IMG/VR virus record: IMGVR_UViG_3300020161_001350
Location: 1 to 52,403 of that record
Source: a virus
Taxonomy: Duplodnaviria; Caudoviricetes
Direction: 5' to 3' (one strand)
Length of the DNA stretch: 52,403 nt
The first letter of the stretch is position 1. The number at the start of each line of letters is the position of its first letter. The notes below the pieces were generated by a model. That model did not search any database and was not told the origin of the DNA. It saw only the letters and a list, made by a program, of their open reading frames with translations. The translations under genes were made by a program, and so were the position numbers. Of this stretch, positions 1 through 9,129 are shown piece by piece.

Positions 1-288
1 ATGGATGCGATGGTGGGTGCATCCAGTCCCTGTTTATATAATTCACATATTTCAATCACTAGGCTTTTAAACATACCCATATATTTTCTCCAAAGTTATT
101 TTAGGCGAGGATCTAAAGTGCCAAATAGTATTCTTGCTTAGCTTTATCGTACCACTATCATTCTTGGTTGTCCACACAAAGGCCTTTTGGTGCAATCTCA
201 ATCCGATACTATGACCGCTGCAGCAGCTTTTGATGGTACTTCCACAGAGCAAGGCTTCTCAGTAAATCCTCAGCTAAAATAACCTCCC

Positions 289-546
289 TTAAACTAAATC
301 AACTTGAACATCAATACCACGGCGGTTGCCACCAAACCCGGTCATATCCAGACCATGACGGCGGCGCAGAGCCACTTCTATGAGCGCTTCCCATACTGCG
401 ACCCTTTGCTGGGTTTGTGGAAAGCGGTTGCCTAACAGGTCTTTCACTTGGCAATCACCGATGAAAACACCGTTAATCACGGCACGGAACTTTTGGGTAT
501 TCTTTAACCCTTCAATAAGTATTTTGGTTCTCAATTTAAACTCCAA
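289..546 (-). CDS. hypothetical protein
   Basis: 85-aa ORF co-oriented with neighbours; true start may be the TTG after GGAG (MRTKIL...). Confidence 0.6.
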   Translation of the reverse strand: MEFKLRTKILIEGLKNTQKFRAVINGVFIGDCQVKDLLGNRFPQTQQRVAVWEALIEVALRRRHGLDMTGFGGNRRGIDVQVDLV

Positions 547-611
547 GGTTTCATTATAAGGACAATAGCGGTGCAGCCAAGGAACAGCGTAGCGAATTCA
601 AGCACAATCAT
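531..611 (-). CDS. small hydrophobic peptide (26 aa, MIVLEFATLFLGCTAIVLIMKPWSLN)
   Basis: Read manually; GGAGG RBS upstream, ATG overlaps the stop of the upstream ORF. Confidence 0.45.
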   Translation of the reverse strand: MIVLEFATLFLGCTAIVLIMKPWSLN

Positions 612-982
612 ACTGCCTCCTTATCAGCGAAATCCTGACCACGGGATTTTACGCCGCCTTTCATATAAGAATCACCAACGGTTGACATAGCACGACCTTT
701 GGTCACCGAGCGAGCATACTTCGGGACTTTTGCGACCCGTTTGGAAATTTTCACTTTTTTTGGTTCTAGGTCATATACGCACCACAAAGCTTCTAACCGT
801 TCAATTTCATTATTTAATTCGACTACCCTTCGAGTGGCAGCAGCAATTATATCACCAAGAGAATTAGGATTTCGCACATTGGCCATGGCGATATTCAAAG
901 CACGCTCAGGTGTCATACGCAGGATATCAGCGGGGTTCATGGGGGTCAGGTCAGCATCATTTCTCATATATTCTCCAATCAA
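608..982 (-). CDS. hypothetical protein (early gene)
   Basis: ORF downstream of a sigma70-like promoter; GGAG RBS suggests a start at MRND. Confidence 0.7.
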   Translation of the reverse strand: MIGEYMRNDADLTPMNPADILRMTPERALNIAMANVRNPNSLGDIIAAATRRVVELNNEIERLEALWCVYDLEPKKVKISKRVAKVPKYARSVTKGRAMSTVGDSYMKGGVKSRGQDFADKEAV

Positions 983-997
983 TCAATCAACGGTACC

Positions 998-1059
998 ATA
1001 TTAACACGGTCGGCCAGGAAAGCAAGCATTATTTGGTGGGTTGTTGCGCCGATACAACA
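998..1059 (-). promoter_or_regulatory. sigma70-like early promoter with upstream TGTTG-N8-CAACA palindrome
   Basis: -35 TTGCTT (1025-1020), 16-nt spacer, TG-extended -10 TAATAT (1003-998); palindrome at 1042-1059. Confidence 0.6.
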
Positions 1060-1103
1060 GTTATTTGGTTAGTATGCACTCACTTACTTCCAGTATATCC
1101 AGT

Positions 1104-1418
1104 TTAAAAAGTATTTAATTCAGGGTTATACTGGCGAATATAATCACGCTCTAATTGGTAGGCTGCCTTACGACCACGCACCACCTCTAATACCTCATAT
1201 TCTACGCTCTCAGCAACCCGGAGCGCCTTACAAAAGGCCCAGGCTTTATTCTCACATTTAGCACGACTCTGGTGCTTCTGTAACCGTACCTTTACCGAGC
1301 GGAGAAAAGCACGACCAATTGCCACGGTCAAACCGATATACTCTTGCCCATCCGCTGTCACACGGTATAGGACATAATTTCGGTCATTACGCTTCTTCCG
1401 CATTACTTCAAATCCCAA
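1104..1418 (-). CDS. GIY-YIG family nuclease
   Basis: YVLY...EYIG, conserved R..H, and E...I...P.LN motifs. Confidence 0.7.
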   Translation of the reverse strand: MGFEVMRKKRNDRNYVLYRVTADGQEYIGLTVAIGRAFLRSVKVRLQKHQSRAKCENKAWAFCKALRVAESVEYEVLEVVRGRKAAYQLERDYIRQYNPELNTF

Positions 1419-1603
1419 TAGAATTCACCACCACAATCATCGTCACCAGCATCAGGACCAAAAGCTCGAGGGCCTAGTGCTAACATCATATCGTCATCCT
1501 CATCCTGCTCAATACGATTCACAAGCTCATCGAAACCCATGGACTCAGCATCTTCGGCAAAATCACAAAGGTTATCGTTTAAATCATCAGAAAATTTAGG
1601 CAT
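1403..1603 (-). CDS. acidic hypothetical protein (early gene)
   Basis: AAGGAG RBS, directly after a promoter; very D/E-rich. Confidence 0.7.
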   Translation of the reverse strand: MPKFSDDLNDNLCDFAEDAESMGFDELVNRIEQDEDDDMMLALGPRAFGPDAGDDDCGGEFYWDLK

Positions 1604-1627
1604 TTATATCTCCTTTTCAATGGTGCC

Positions 1628-1689
1628 AGTATACCACAATGGGCCATGGTGTCAAGCAGAAAATAGGGGGTTGTTGCGTAAAAACAACA
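1628..1689 (-). promoter_or_regulatory. sigma70-like early promoter with upstream TGTTG-N8-CAACA palindrome
   Basis: -35 TTGACA (1655-1650), 16-nt spacer, TG-extended -10 TATACT (1633-1628); palindrome at 1672-1689. Confidence 0.75.
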
Positions 1690-1719
1690 GAGGGATGGAG
1701 AGGGTTAGTGATTACTTAC

Positions 1720-2025
1720 TTACCAGTCCTCAGCCTTATTATACCCGTCAATATAATCAGTAAAATCATCGAGGGTCTTTATATCTGGAATCTCTATTGC
1801 GTAATCATCAGCAGTTAGAGAGGCGAGCGGTGTATTGATTTGTTTTTGTTTTGCGATTGCTTCAGGTGTCTTATTATACTCTACTGCAACCTTACGCATA
1901 TTATCTCGCTGAGCATCGGTTGGTTCTCGGTCATAAGAGGCGCACGATTGGCTACAGTATAACCCTCTCTTACGATAGAGTTTATTACAGAATTTACAGT
2001 TTTTTTCTTTATATACGCCAGGCAT
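1720..2025 (-). CDS. hypothetical protein with N-terminal Cys4 zinc-finger-like motif
   Basis: CKFC...YCSQSC. Confidence 0.65.
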   Translation of the reverse strand: MPGVYKEKNCKFCNKLYRKRGLYCSQSCASYDREPTDAQRDNMRKVAVEYNKTPEAIAKQKQINTPLASLTADDYAIEIPDIKTLDDFTDYIDGYNKAEDW

Positions 2026-2057
2026 CGGATTTCAGGTATTTTACTACAATCTGGTTA

Positions 2058-2165
2058 CTACCTACTTATTCTCTCTACTACCTTACCAATCCCTATTACA
2101 ATTAGCATTATACTTACAAATGCTACTATGGATAACGATATTCCTACAATTAAATCATATATCAT
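2058..2165 (-). CDS. small single-TM peptide (35 aa, MIYDLIVGISLSIVAFVSIMLIVIGIGKVVERISR)
   Basis: Read manually; purine-rich RBS; fills an otherwise empty gap. Confidence 0.5.
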   Translation of the reverse strand: MIYDLIVGISLSIVAFVSIMLIVIGIGKVVERISR

Positions 2166-2382
2166 TTCTCTCCCTCTCTTGCTTTCGTTTTAATCGCTTC
2201 AGTATTTTCTTATTCTTCTTTTCTTTTTCTATCTTTTTAGCCTCATCCAAGCATTTTATTTCTTCTTTATGCTTCTCACCAATGGCAGCGACTTGTGCAG
2301 CATTGAGAGGTAGTTTTATATCTTGGAAAAACATTATCATCTGGTTATAGGTGAATGTTCTAGGTTTCATAATAACTCCCAT
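2155..2382 (-). CDS. basic hypothetical protein
   Basis: ORF; GGAG RBS before MKPRTF. Confidence 0.6.
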   Translation of the reverse strand: MGVIMKPRTFTYNQMIMFFQDIKLPLNAAQVAAIGEKHKEEIKCLDEAKKIEKEKKNKKILKRLKRKQERERNDI

Positions 2383-2392
2383 TATATAAGAA

Positions 2393-2412
2393 GCCGGGGG
2401 TTAATCCCCGGC
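2393..2412 (-). terminator. rho-independent terminator after pstS
   Basis: GCCGGGG-ATTAAC-CCCCGGC hairpin followed by TTCTT on the minus strand. Confidence 0.75.
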
Positions 2413-2419
2413 GGTTGGT

Positions 2420-3427
2420 TTACTGTATTTGCGACCAGATTTTTTGTTTAATCTGTGCGGTTAAACTATCTGGCAGAGGTACATAATCTAAATCTAATGC
2501 GTCTTTCTTACCATTTCGAAAGGCCCAATCAAAGAATTTCAGCGTATCTTGGGATGCTTTCTTATCTGATGGATTCTTATACATGATGATAAAGGATGCG
2601 GTGGAGATAGGCCATACATTATCCCCTCTCTGGTCTACTATTGATAATCCCATACCTGGTACAGAGAACCAATCGGCACCTGCAGCAGCGGCAGCAAAGG
2701 TTAAATCATCGGGATGGACATACTTACCATTCTTATTCTGTAATTGCATATAGGTAAGTTTATTCTTTTTAACATAGGCGTATTCAACATAACCAATGGA
2801 GAATTGTACTCGAGCGACATTGGCGGCGACACCTTCATTCCCTTTACCACCTACGGATGATGCGGCGGGCCACTTGACAGCAGCACCCCGACCGACTTTT
2901 GTTTCCCATTCTTTTGATACGGCGGCAAGGTAATCGGTAAAGTTAAAGGTTGTACCAGACCCATCAGCACGGTGGACTACTGTAATGTTTTCACTTGGTA
3001 GTTTTTTACCTGGATTGATGGATTGGAGTTTAGGATCATTCCATTTTGTAATTGTTCCCATGAATACTTCTGCGAGGACTGTACCTGTAATACGAAGCTC
3101 ACCTGGTTTAAACCCTGGCAGGTTTACAATTGGTACGGTACCACCAATAATAGCAGGAAATTGTACCTGACCATTCTTATCTAAATCTTCACCTTTGACC
3201 GGTGCATCGGTTGCACCAAAGGTTACGGTCTTTGCATTGATTTGGCGTATACCACCAGATGAACCAATTGATTGATAATTCAGACCAATATTAGTTTCTT
3301 TCTTAAACCCTTCGGCCCACTTAGAATAGATTGGATATGGAAATGTAGCACCTGCACCTGTAATGTCGGCTGCAAATGCGGAGATTGTTGTTGATGCGAG
3401 GAATACGGCGAGAATTCTTTGTATCAT
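2420..3427 (-). CDS. pstS: phosphate ABC transporter substrate-binding protein
   Basis: Signal peptide, GAGATFPYPIYSKW, YQSIGSSGG, HRADGSGTT, GGKGNEGV; start moved to MIQRIL after AAGGAG. Confidence 0.97.
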   Translation of the reverse strand: MIQRILAVFLASTTISAFAADITGAGATFPYPIYSKWAEGFKKETNIGLNYQSIGSSGGIRQINAKTVTFGATDAPVKGEDLDKNGQVQFPAIIGGTVPIVNLPGFKPGELRITGTVLAEVFMGTITKWNDPKLQSINPGKKLPSENITVVHRADGSGTTFNFTDYLAAVSKEWETKVGRGAAVKWPAASSVGGKGNEGVAANVARVQFSIGYVEYAYVKKNKLTYMQLQNKNGKYVHPDDLTFAAAAAGADWFSVPGMGLSIVDQRGDNVWPISTASFIIMYKNPSDKKASQDTLKFFDWAFRNGKKDALDLDYVPLPDSLTAQIKQKIWSQIQ

Positions 3428-3474
3428 GCGAGCTCCTTTCATTGTGTGTCGCAAAAATATTTAGAGCCTTGGAG

Positions 3475-3503
3475 ATGAATTTTATGTGAATTTTTTATTA
3501 CAG
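3475..3503 (-). promoter_or_regulatory. putative Pho box (three 11-bp-spaced half-sites)
   Basis: CTGTAAT-AAAA-AATTCAC-ATAA-AATTCAT upstream of pstS. Confidence 0.6.
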
Positions 3504-3504
3504 T

Positions 3505-3699
3505 CTAGTTCTTCCCTGCAAGATAGCCTGATATAATCCCAACCACTCCTGTAATTGCCATTTTTAATAATTCAATTACACTTTCATCGGGTGGTCGACC
3601 TGCCTCTATTGCTGTGTAAAAATCAGCACCTATAATGAATGTTAGGAGGAAAATTAACCCTCCCGTAAGCAGTATCAGTATCTTGTCTTTTGGTGTCAT
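3505..3699 (-). CDS. small two-TM membrane protein
   Basis: Two hydrophobic segments; start overlaps the lipase stop. Confidence 0.7.
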   Translation of the reverse strand: MTPKDKILILLTGGLIFLLTFIIGADFYTAIEAGRPPDESVIELLKMAITGVVGIISGYLAGKN

Positions 3700-4406
3700 T
3701 CTTCTTTTTCTAGTTTAGCAATATATCTGTTCATCATGTGGTCAAATAAGCCAATGAATTTCTGGCCCTTTTGACGGGCTTTAATTCGACTCCTGACCAT
3801 ATCTTTAATTCTCTGCCAGCTTGAAAGGTTTCTAAACTCACCATGAAAATTCATATACTTGTGTATACCGTGATGCCTGTAGCCCATTATACACGGAGGA
3901 ACTTTGGTCACATCATCGCAATTGTTCTGTACTCTGTAGTGCGTGACATTTAGGCCGTTTACAAATTGTTTTGTTCCTACACGGGGACTGCCAAATGTAA
4001 TCAATGCGAGTACCTTGCTCTGAATTCTACTTGCGGCAATTGTTGCCATCGCAGCGCCTAGACTATGACCTGTAATGTAAAGGCGGTCTATTTGCCCAAT
4101 GGATTTTTCAATTGAAGGCCAGATTTTATCTAATTCTCCTTTGAAACCACGATGAACATTGGCGCCACTTGATTCTGTTTTCATTCGGGCCTTGAGGTCA
4201 GCAAGTGCATCTCTCTTTGATTCTGTGCCACGGAAACTGAGCACATATTCATCTGCACCCTTTAGGAGATAACCTTGAGCATCTTTTATATCAAAGAATT
4301 CTACAATTTCATAGCCTTGCTCTTTAAATTTTGGCCGAGAATCTTTAGGATTATCATAGGTTACTGCTGCAATTTTAGCAAATTTAAGTAGTTCTTTTCG
4401 TTCCAT
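3696..4406 (-). CDS. class 3 lipase
   Basis: FRGT, VHRGF, GHSLG nucleophile elbow, TFGSPRVG, D.V..VP, C-terminal DH. Confidence 0.92.
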   Translation of the reverse strand: MERKELLKFAKIAAVTYDNPKDSRPKFKEQGYEIVEFFDIKDAQGYLLKGADEYVLSFRGTESKRDALADLKARMKTESSGANVHRGFKGELDKIWPSIEKSIGQIDRLYITGHSLGAAMATIAASRIQSKVLALITFGSPRVGTKQFVNGLNVTHYRVQNNCDDVTKVPPCIMGYRHHGIHKYMNFHGEFRNLSSWQRIKDMVRSRIKARQKGQKFIGLFDHMMNRYIAKLEKEE

Positions 4407-4416
4407 TTTTACTTCC

Positions 4417-5439
4417 TTATTTTAAAAATACATCATTCACTTGACGGTTGACTCTTATAAATGTGGTACACTTGGGCAATCTCTTGAGGCAGGAGGCACC
4501 AACATAGGTACAGGTTGAGCGTAGGCCGCCAAGCAAATCTTGTATTGTATGCTTTACGGGACCACGGTACGGTATCTCTACTGTACGGCCTTCGGATGAT
4601 CTATACTCTGCTACACCGCCATGATGCTTCTCCATTGCAGTATCGGAGCTCATACCATAGAATGTTACTTTGTTATCTTTGATTTCACCACCGCCTTCAT
4701 CATGGCCTGCCAACATACCACCAAGCATTACAAAGTCTGCACCGCCACCAAATGCCTTGGCTACATCACCAGGACAGGTACAACCACCATCTGCAATTAT
4801 ATGAGCACCAAGGCCGTGTGCAGCATCAGCACATTCAATAATGGCCGATAACTGAGGATAACCTACACCTGTTTGTATGCGAGTGGTACATACAGAACCT
4901 GGCCCAATGCCTACTTTAACAATATCGGCACCACGCAATACCAACTCTTGTGTCATATCAGCGGTCACTACATTACCAGCAATAATTGTTTTGTTTGTAA
5001 ATTCTTTGCGAACCTTTTCAACGAAATCACCAAAGTGTTCACTATAACCATTGGCAATATCAATACAAATAAACGATATGTCTGGATTGTTTTGTAGTAT
5101 GATACCAAGTTTGGCAAACTCCATTTCACTGGTGCCTGTAGATACAGCAAAGGTATCAGTATACATGATATTCTCGGAACCTGCTCGATGCTCTGCTACA
5201 GTATAGCCTTTTTTCAATACTGTAAACAAGCGTAGCGCACTAAGAGCCTTTGCCATTTCAAATGTACCTACGCCATCCATATTTGAGGCCATAATTGGTA
5301 CACCAGACCATGATTGATTTGAATGTTTAAAATAATAATTTCTTTCGAGGTCAACCTCTTTGCGGCTACTTAATGTAGACCGCTTTGGTCGTATCAATAC
5401 ATCACGGAAATCTAATTTAATATCTTCTTCAATTCGCAT
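4417..5439 (-). CDS. guaC: GMP reductase
   Basis: [45 protein letters not shown]. Confidence 0.96.
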   Translation of the reverse strand: MRIEEDIKLDFRDVLIRPKRSTLSSRKEVDLERNYYFKHSNQSWSGVPIMASNMDGVGTFEMAKALSALRLFTVLKKGYTVAEHRAGSENIMYTDTFAVSTGTSEMEFAKLGIILQNNPDISFICIDIANGYSEHFGDFVEKVRKEFTNKTIIAGNVVTADMTQELVLRGADIVKVGIGPGSVCTTRIQTGVGYPQLSAIIECADAAHGLGAHIIADGGCTCPGDVAKAFGGGADFVMLGGMLAGHDEGGGEIKDNKVTFYGMSSDTAMEKHHGGVAEYRSSEGRTVEIPYRGPVKHTIQDLLGGLRSTCTYVGASCLKRLPKCTTFIRVNRQVNDVFLK

Positions 5440-5668
5440 TTTCTAATAATGTCCTCTCTTGTATGTCCCAATAGTTCTCAATGGCTTTCTTAGCAAACTC
5501 TAATGATACGAATCGACCAAGGTAGTTTTCTTGATTAGCCAATATAATGATGGCCATGTATATTTTGGTGTGAGATATATTATGTGTTTGACCTACGATA
5601 CAACCATTAGCGGTCTTGTAATAGTAGTGTGTATCATGGTCAGTATCTTTCCATTCATAGTTCATCAT
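5429..5668 (-). CDS. hypothetical protein
   Basis: Overlapping, coupled ORF. Confidence 0.7.
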   Translation of the reverse strand: MMNYEWKDTDHDTHYYYKTANGCIVGQTHNISHTKIYMAIIILANQENYLGRFVSLEFAKKAIENYWDIQERTLLENAN

Positions 5669-5840
5669 TTGTTGGTGGCTTCAATAGTATAGGGATCGGT
5701 GGTTTCTTTAAGGCCTCGGCACATGCTTCCTCGAGCGATTGAAGTATTCGAGCCTTTTGTTTATTTCCGTGCCGATAGGTTTCAGGATTCATCCAATCTG
5801 GTAATGGTTCTTCATCGGGATCACCCCAATAGTTTTTCAT
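5655..5840 (-). CDS. hypothetical protein
   Basis: Coupled ORF (ATGA overlap). Confidence 0.6.
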   Translation of the reverse strand: MKNYWGDPDEEPLPDWMNPETYRHGNKQKARILQSLEEACAEALKKPPIPILLKPPTNDEL

Positions 5841-6349
5841 TTCTCTGAATACTTTCTTTCTGCCTCAAGATATTTGTTCAACAGGAGAGGAGAATGTTGT
5901 GGTAAGGTTTCTGGTTGTGGTTGCTCACGCTTTGATTTTTCCATCTCATATACACGATTGCGAATTTCTGTAGATGAATATGGATGAAAGCGGTCATGGT
6001 AATGCAATTCAATGCCAGATTCAATACAGAACCTTTTACCTGTGAAGTCTTTTCTTTTATATTCATCGCCTAGAAAACGAATGTGAATATTCTGTGTCAT
6101 TATTAGATTCAGCAAATCTTGCTCAGTTTCGTATATTAGAATTTCATCAATATACTTACAGGCTTGCAATTGAACATAACGCTCATAGGCCGATTGTACA
6201 GGTTTGTTTTTTACGCCTGGTCTATCGATGGTTGGATCTACCTGTAGGCCAACCTTCAAATAATCACACATATCTTTTTCTTTTTTAAGCATAGTGACAT
6301 GACCAGCGTGTAACATATCCCATGCAGAACAATTAAATCCAATTTTCAT
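5837..6349 (-). CDS. glycerol-3-phosphate cytidylyltransferase-like HxGH nucleotidyltransferase
   Basis: WDMLHAGH, KPVQS..ER, YSSTEIR. Confidence 0.88.
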   Translation of the reverse strand: MKIGFNCSAWDMLHAGHVTMLKKEKDMCDYLKVGLQVDPTIDRPGVKNKPVQSAYERYVQLQACKYIDEILIYETEQDLLNLIMTQNIHIRFLGDEYKRKDFTGKRFCIESGIELHYHDRFHPYSSTEIRNRVYEMEKSKREQPQPETLPQHSPLLLNKYLEAERKYSEK

Positions 6350-6519
6350 CTACAACACCTTTTATCATCTACAAACAGCGGTTGAACAATATATCTTTGA
6401 TGGAATGGTTTGTAAACCTTATCGATAAACAAACCACCAAGAATACCAACACCAACAATAAGCAACATCAAAATACCAATCATTACAAGTGTAGCAACTA
6501 TAAAATTAAGGATTCGCAC
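6346..6519 (-). CDS. small membrane protein (57 aa)
   Basis: Read manually: GGAGG then GTG start, MRILNFIVATLVMIGILMLLIVGVGILGGLF...; stop overlaps the next ATG. Confidence 0.6.
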   Translation of the reverse strand: MRILNFIVATLVMIGILMLLIVGVGILGGLFIDKVYKPFHQRYIVQPLFVDDKRCCR

Positions 6520-7225
6520 CTAGCACCTCCATAACATGGTGGAGGTCTTTATAAGAAAGCGTATCGTTGGTCATACTATAAATTGATTTGCGAATTCTTT
6601 CAACATCTACTGACAAAAATGGTACAGTATAGGTACGAATAAAGAAGATTGCTGCATCTCCAAGTGGTACAGTTACTTGTCGCTCTGTTCGATACCACAT
6701 ATCTTCTAATTTCTCATTAGTCCATGGTTTCTTGACCAATGGATGCCGATTGAGGTCTGGTGAATTTGCAATTGTCCATACTGAGCGAACATATGGCCCT
6801 TTTTGTGTAATCATTGTTGCAATACTATCAGCGGCTTTCATTATCATTTCATTATCAGCAACAGGCTCATGTATCTCAGCAAAACTCTTATTGACCTTAG
6901 ATACAGGATCCCAACCTGATGGGAAGCAAACAGAGGCCATCTGTACAGATAATTGGCCTTTCATATCAGGTGCCCATACAACAAAATCTTCTTGGTATTT
7001 GAGTATAGCGTCTTTCATTGTATCGCATTGTAAATATTCCAATACTTTTTTATACAAGTATGGATTCCAATTATTTCCATAGGCCTGTGCCAATATTTTT
7101 TTCTTTTTGCTGATATAAACATCATAATCTTTGTCTTGGTAAGTAATTGGTTCATTCTCACCAAGTAGCCGCATATTAGGCCGCATACGATACGGCACAT
7201 CAATTTCAAACGGCATTAACATCAC
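6506..7225 (-). CDS. DUF3445 / heme-dependent oxidative N-demethylase alpha-subunit-like protein
   Basis: QEDF, CFPSGWDP..K.....IHEPV, RTERQ, F.IRTY motifs. Confidence 0.75.
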   Translation of the reverse strand: MMLMPFEIDVPYRMRPNMRLLGENEPITYQDKDYDVYISKKKKILAQAYGNNWNPYLYKKVLEYLQCDTMKDAILKYQEDFVVWAPDMKGQLSVQMASVCFPSGWDPVSKVNKSFAEIHEPVADNEMIMKAADSIATMITQKGPYVRSVWTIANSPDLNRHPLVKKPWTNEKLEDMWYRTERQVTVPLGDAAIFFIRTYTVPFLSVDVERIRKSIYSMTNDTLSYKDLHHVMEVLGANP

Positions 7226-7389
7226 TCAACCTCTTGCTTGATAGTTCTAAAATCGACCTCATATGGTACACCAGATACACGGACTCTTTGGTCCTGTGGT
7301 TTATATTTCAACAGTTCATTTTCTAATTGAGCAACCTTATTTCTCAACTCTCTCAATTCGCCAAGGTATGCTTCGACCTCTAAATTCAT
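7222..7389 (-). CDS. small coiled-coil hypothetical protein (55 aa)
   Basis: Read manually, MNLEVEAYLGELRELRNKVAQLENELL...; overlaps both neighbours. Confidence 0.6.
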   Translation of the reverse strand: MNLEVEAYLGELRELRNKVAQLENELLKYKPQDQRVRVSGVPYEVDFRTIKQEVE

Positions 7390-7655
7390 TGTAGAACCCT
7401 CTCATCTGGCATTAAATGATTTTTGTCTGCTACTGATTGAACCAATTTATAAAATTCACCTTCGCAATTAACACCTTCATTCATACGAACCAGGCGTGCC
7501 AGTATCATACCAGACAATTGCATTGGTGTAACATTATGATTAATGACTTGATTCATTAGAAAATCATCAATTTCGTAACTGATCTTTACTACTTCTTCAT
7601 CTGTAACCATTTTTGATACAACCTTTCTTCTGCTTGATATGCTTCTTTTTCCCAT
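7386..7655 (-). CDS. hypothetical protein
   Basis: ORF; likely start at MVTDEE. Confidence 0.6.
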   Translation of the reverse strand: MGKRSISSRRKVVSKMVTDEEVVKISYEIDDFLMNQVINHNVTPMQLSGMILARLVRMNEGVNCEGEFYKLVQSVADKNHLMPDERVLQ

Positions 7656-8002
7656 GGCCGTTTATGATACGGCACCGAATCGTGGTCTAATTTGCGTGAC
7701 AACCACATTGTACCTCTCTCATCAATCTCACGGTACGCATATTGTTTTACATGAACCATTTCGTGAGCTAATGTCTTAATCATTTCTTTTTCAGACATAC
7801 TACGCTTTAGTTCTAACGTAAACTCTCTTGGTATGCCTCTACTATTGTGCCCATCAACCTCGGTAAAACCACACACAGGCAAATTCTTTACAAACCTTAG
7901 GTTTATAATTATATGCGATTTTAACTGTGGTGTCAATAGTTGTGTGGCAAAATACTCTAAGGCTGATGCTTGAGTTTTGTTATGTTTGCCTTGAAGAATC
8001 AT
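7589..8002 (-). CDS. HExxH zinc metallopeptidase-like protein
   Basis: TLAHEMVHVKQY and PWEKEAY. Confidence 0.8.
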   Translation of the reverse strand: MILQGKHNKTQASALEYFATQLLTPQLKSHIIINLRFVKNLPVCGFTEVDGHNSRGIPREFTLELKRSMSEKEMIKTLAHEMVHVKQYAYREIDERGTMWLSRKLDHDSVPYHKRPWEKEAYQAEERLYQKWLQMKK

Positions 8003-8346
8003 CTTTTAGGTTTAGGTAATTGAGGGAGTTTTTTCCACTCCTCTAACCATTTGTCCTGTTCATTGTTTCGAATAATTTCATCATTCAATTTTTGCCGTGT
8101 TTCATTAACTGCTTCGATTATCTTATCAAACTTAACATCATGGTTATCCATTCGTTTATCCATGCCAGTCAATCTTTGCTCAATCAATACAATTCGCTCT
8201 TTAAAATAATCTACATCATGGCCACGGGACCAGGCAATACCCAGCAATATAACACACACAAAAACAGAAATGAAGAAAAGAAGAAAGAATATCTCAAATT
8301 TATCTTTATCATCTAAAGAATGCCAAAGTGAGGTTAATTTGCTCAT
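7999..8346 (-). CDS. membrane-anchored coiled-coil protein
   Basis: N-terminal TM helix, heptad-rich remainder. Confidence 0.7.
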   Translation of the reverse strand: MSKLTSLWHSLDDKDKFEIFFLLFFISVFVCVILLGIAWSRGHDVDYFKERIVLIEQRLTGMDKRMDNHDVKFDKIIEAVNETRQKLNDEIIRNNEQDKWLEEWKKLPQLPKPKR

Positions 8347-8386
8347 TTATTGTTATTATAACACAGGTAGAAAAATATTGCGGCAA

Positions 8387-9106
8387 TTAAAATGATAGGT
8401 CATCATTACGGCGACTTGGTCTATGTGCAGGTTTGCCTTCTTCGTTGACATGATCTCTGCCGTTAATCGTTGTTGTTTTATACCCATTATCTTCATCATA
8501 GGCATATAAACCAAATTGTACAACAGGAAATAAATCTGTTCTCATTATAATATCTAATGGGCCTGTTAAACCGTATTTGATTACATATGATAAAAGATTC
8601 TTAGCTGATTGAGGGTCGATTGAATATGCATGAGCACGGCATATAAAATGATAGTTTGGTCCTTCTGATGCATGAGGCGGTGTTGGGTACACAGGCCAAT
8701 TCAATTTTGCTTGTTCAGCTCCGCCTAGATAACATATAGTATTAATTGTTGGATGATCTAAAAATGGTTGTACCATTATTGTATCATGTTCCAATACAAC
8801 CAATGGTTGGTCTTGTCGAATACATCTAGCCCATAAACTAATGTGTGATAATGCACAGGCAACTTCACCTCTGGTCATGTAATGGTCCATAATTTTAATT
8901 AGATCCATCACTATGTTATGGTGTGCAGGTGGAATTATTCTATCGCCAGTACCATCATATGCATCCCAATAATCATAGGGCATTCCAACTTTACGACATG
9001 ATGCTGCACATTCTGAAGCCTTTTGCTCAGATATTTCGTGGTCTTTTACACGAATAATGTATGCTTTATCAACTTTTTGATTGTAAGAATAGAATAGAGA
9101 TTTCAT
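8387..9106 (-). CDS. glycosyltransferase family 25-like protein
   Basis: GEVACALSHISLW, VVLEHD, AHAY.I.P..A..L. Confidence 0.85.
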   Translation of the reverse strand: MKSLFYSYNQKVDKAYIIRVKDHEISEQKASECAASCRKVGMPYDYWDAYDGTGDRIIPPAHHNIVMDLIKIMDHYMTRGEVACALSHISLWARCIRQDQPLVVLEHDTIMVQPFLDHPTINTICYLGGAEQAKLNWPVYPTPPHASEGPNYHFICRAHAYSIDPQSAKNLLSYVIKYGLTGPLDIIMRTDLFPVVQFGLYAYDEDNGYKTTTINGRDHVNEEGKPAHRPSRRNDDLSF

Positions 9107-9129
9107 AATATAACTTTCACAGTAAACAA

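Noticed and set aside
2-25. TGGATGC...GCATCCA inverted repeat
   Set aside because: At the window edge, with no T-tract or context to assign a function.
67-252. 61-aa ORF
   Set aside because: TTG start without a clear RBS and no motifs; cannot be supported.
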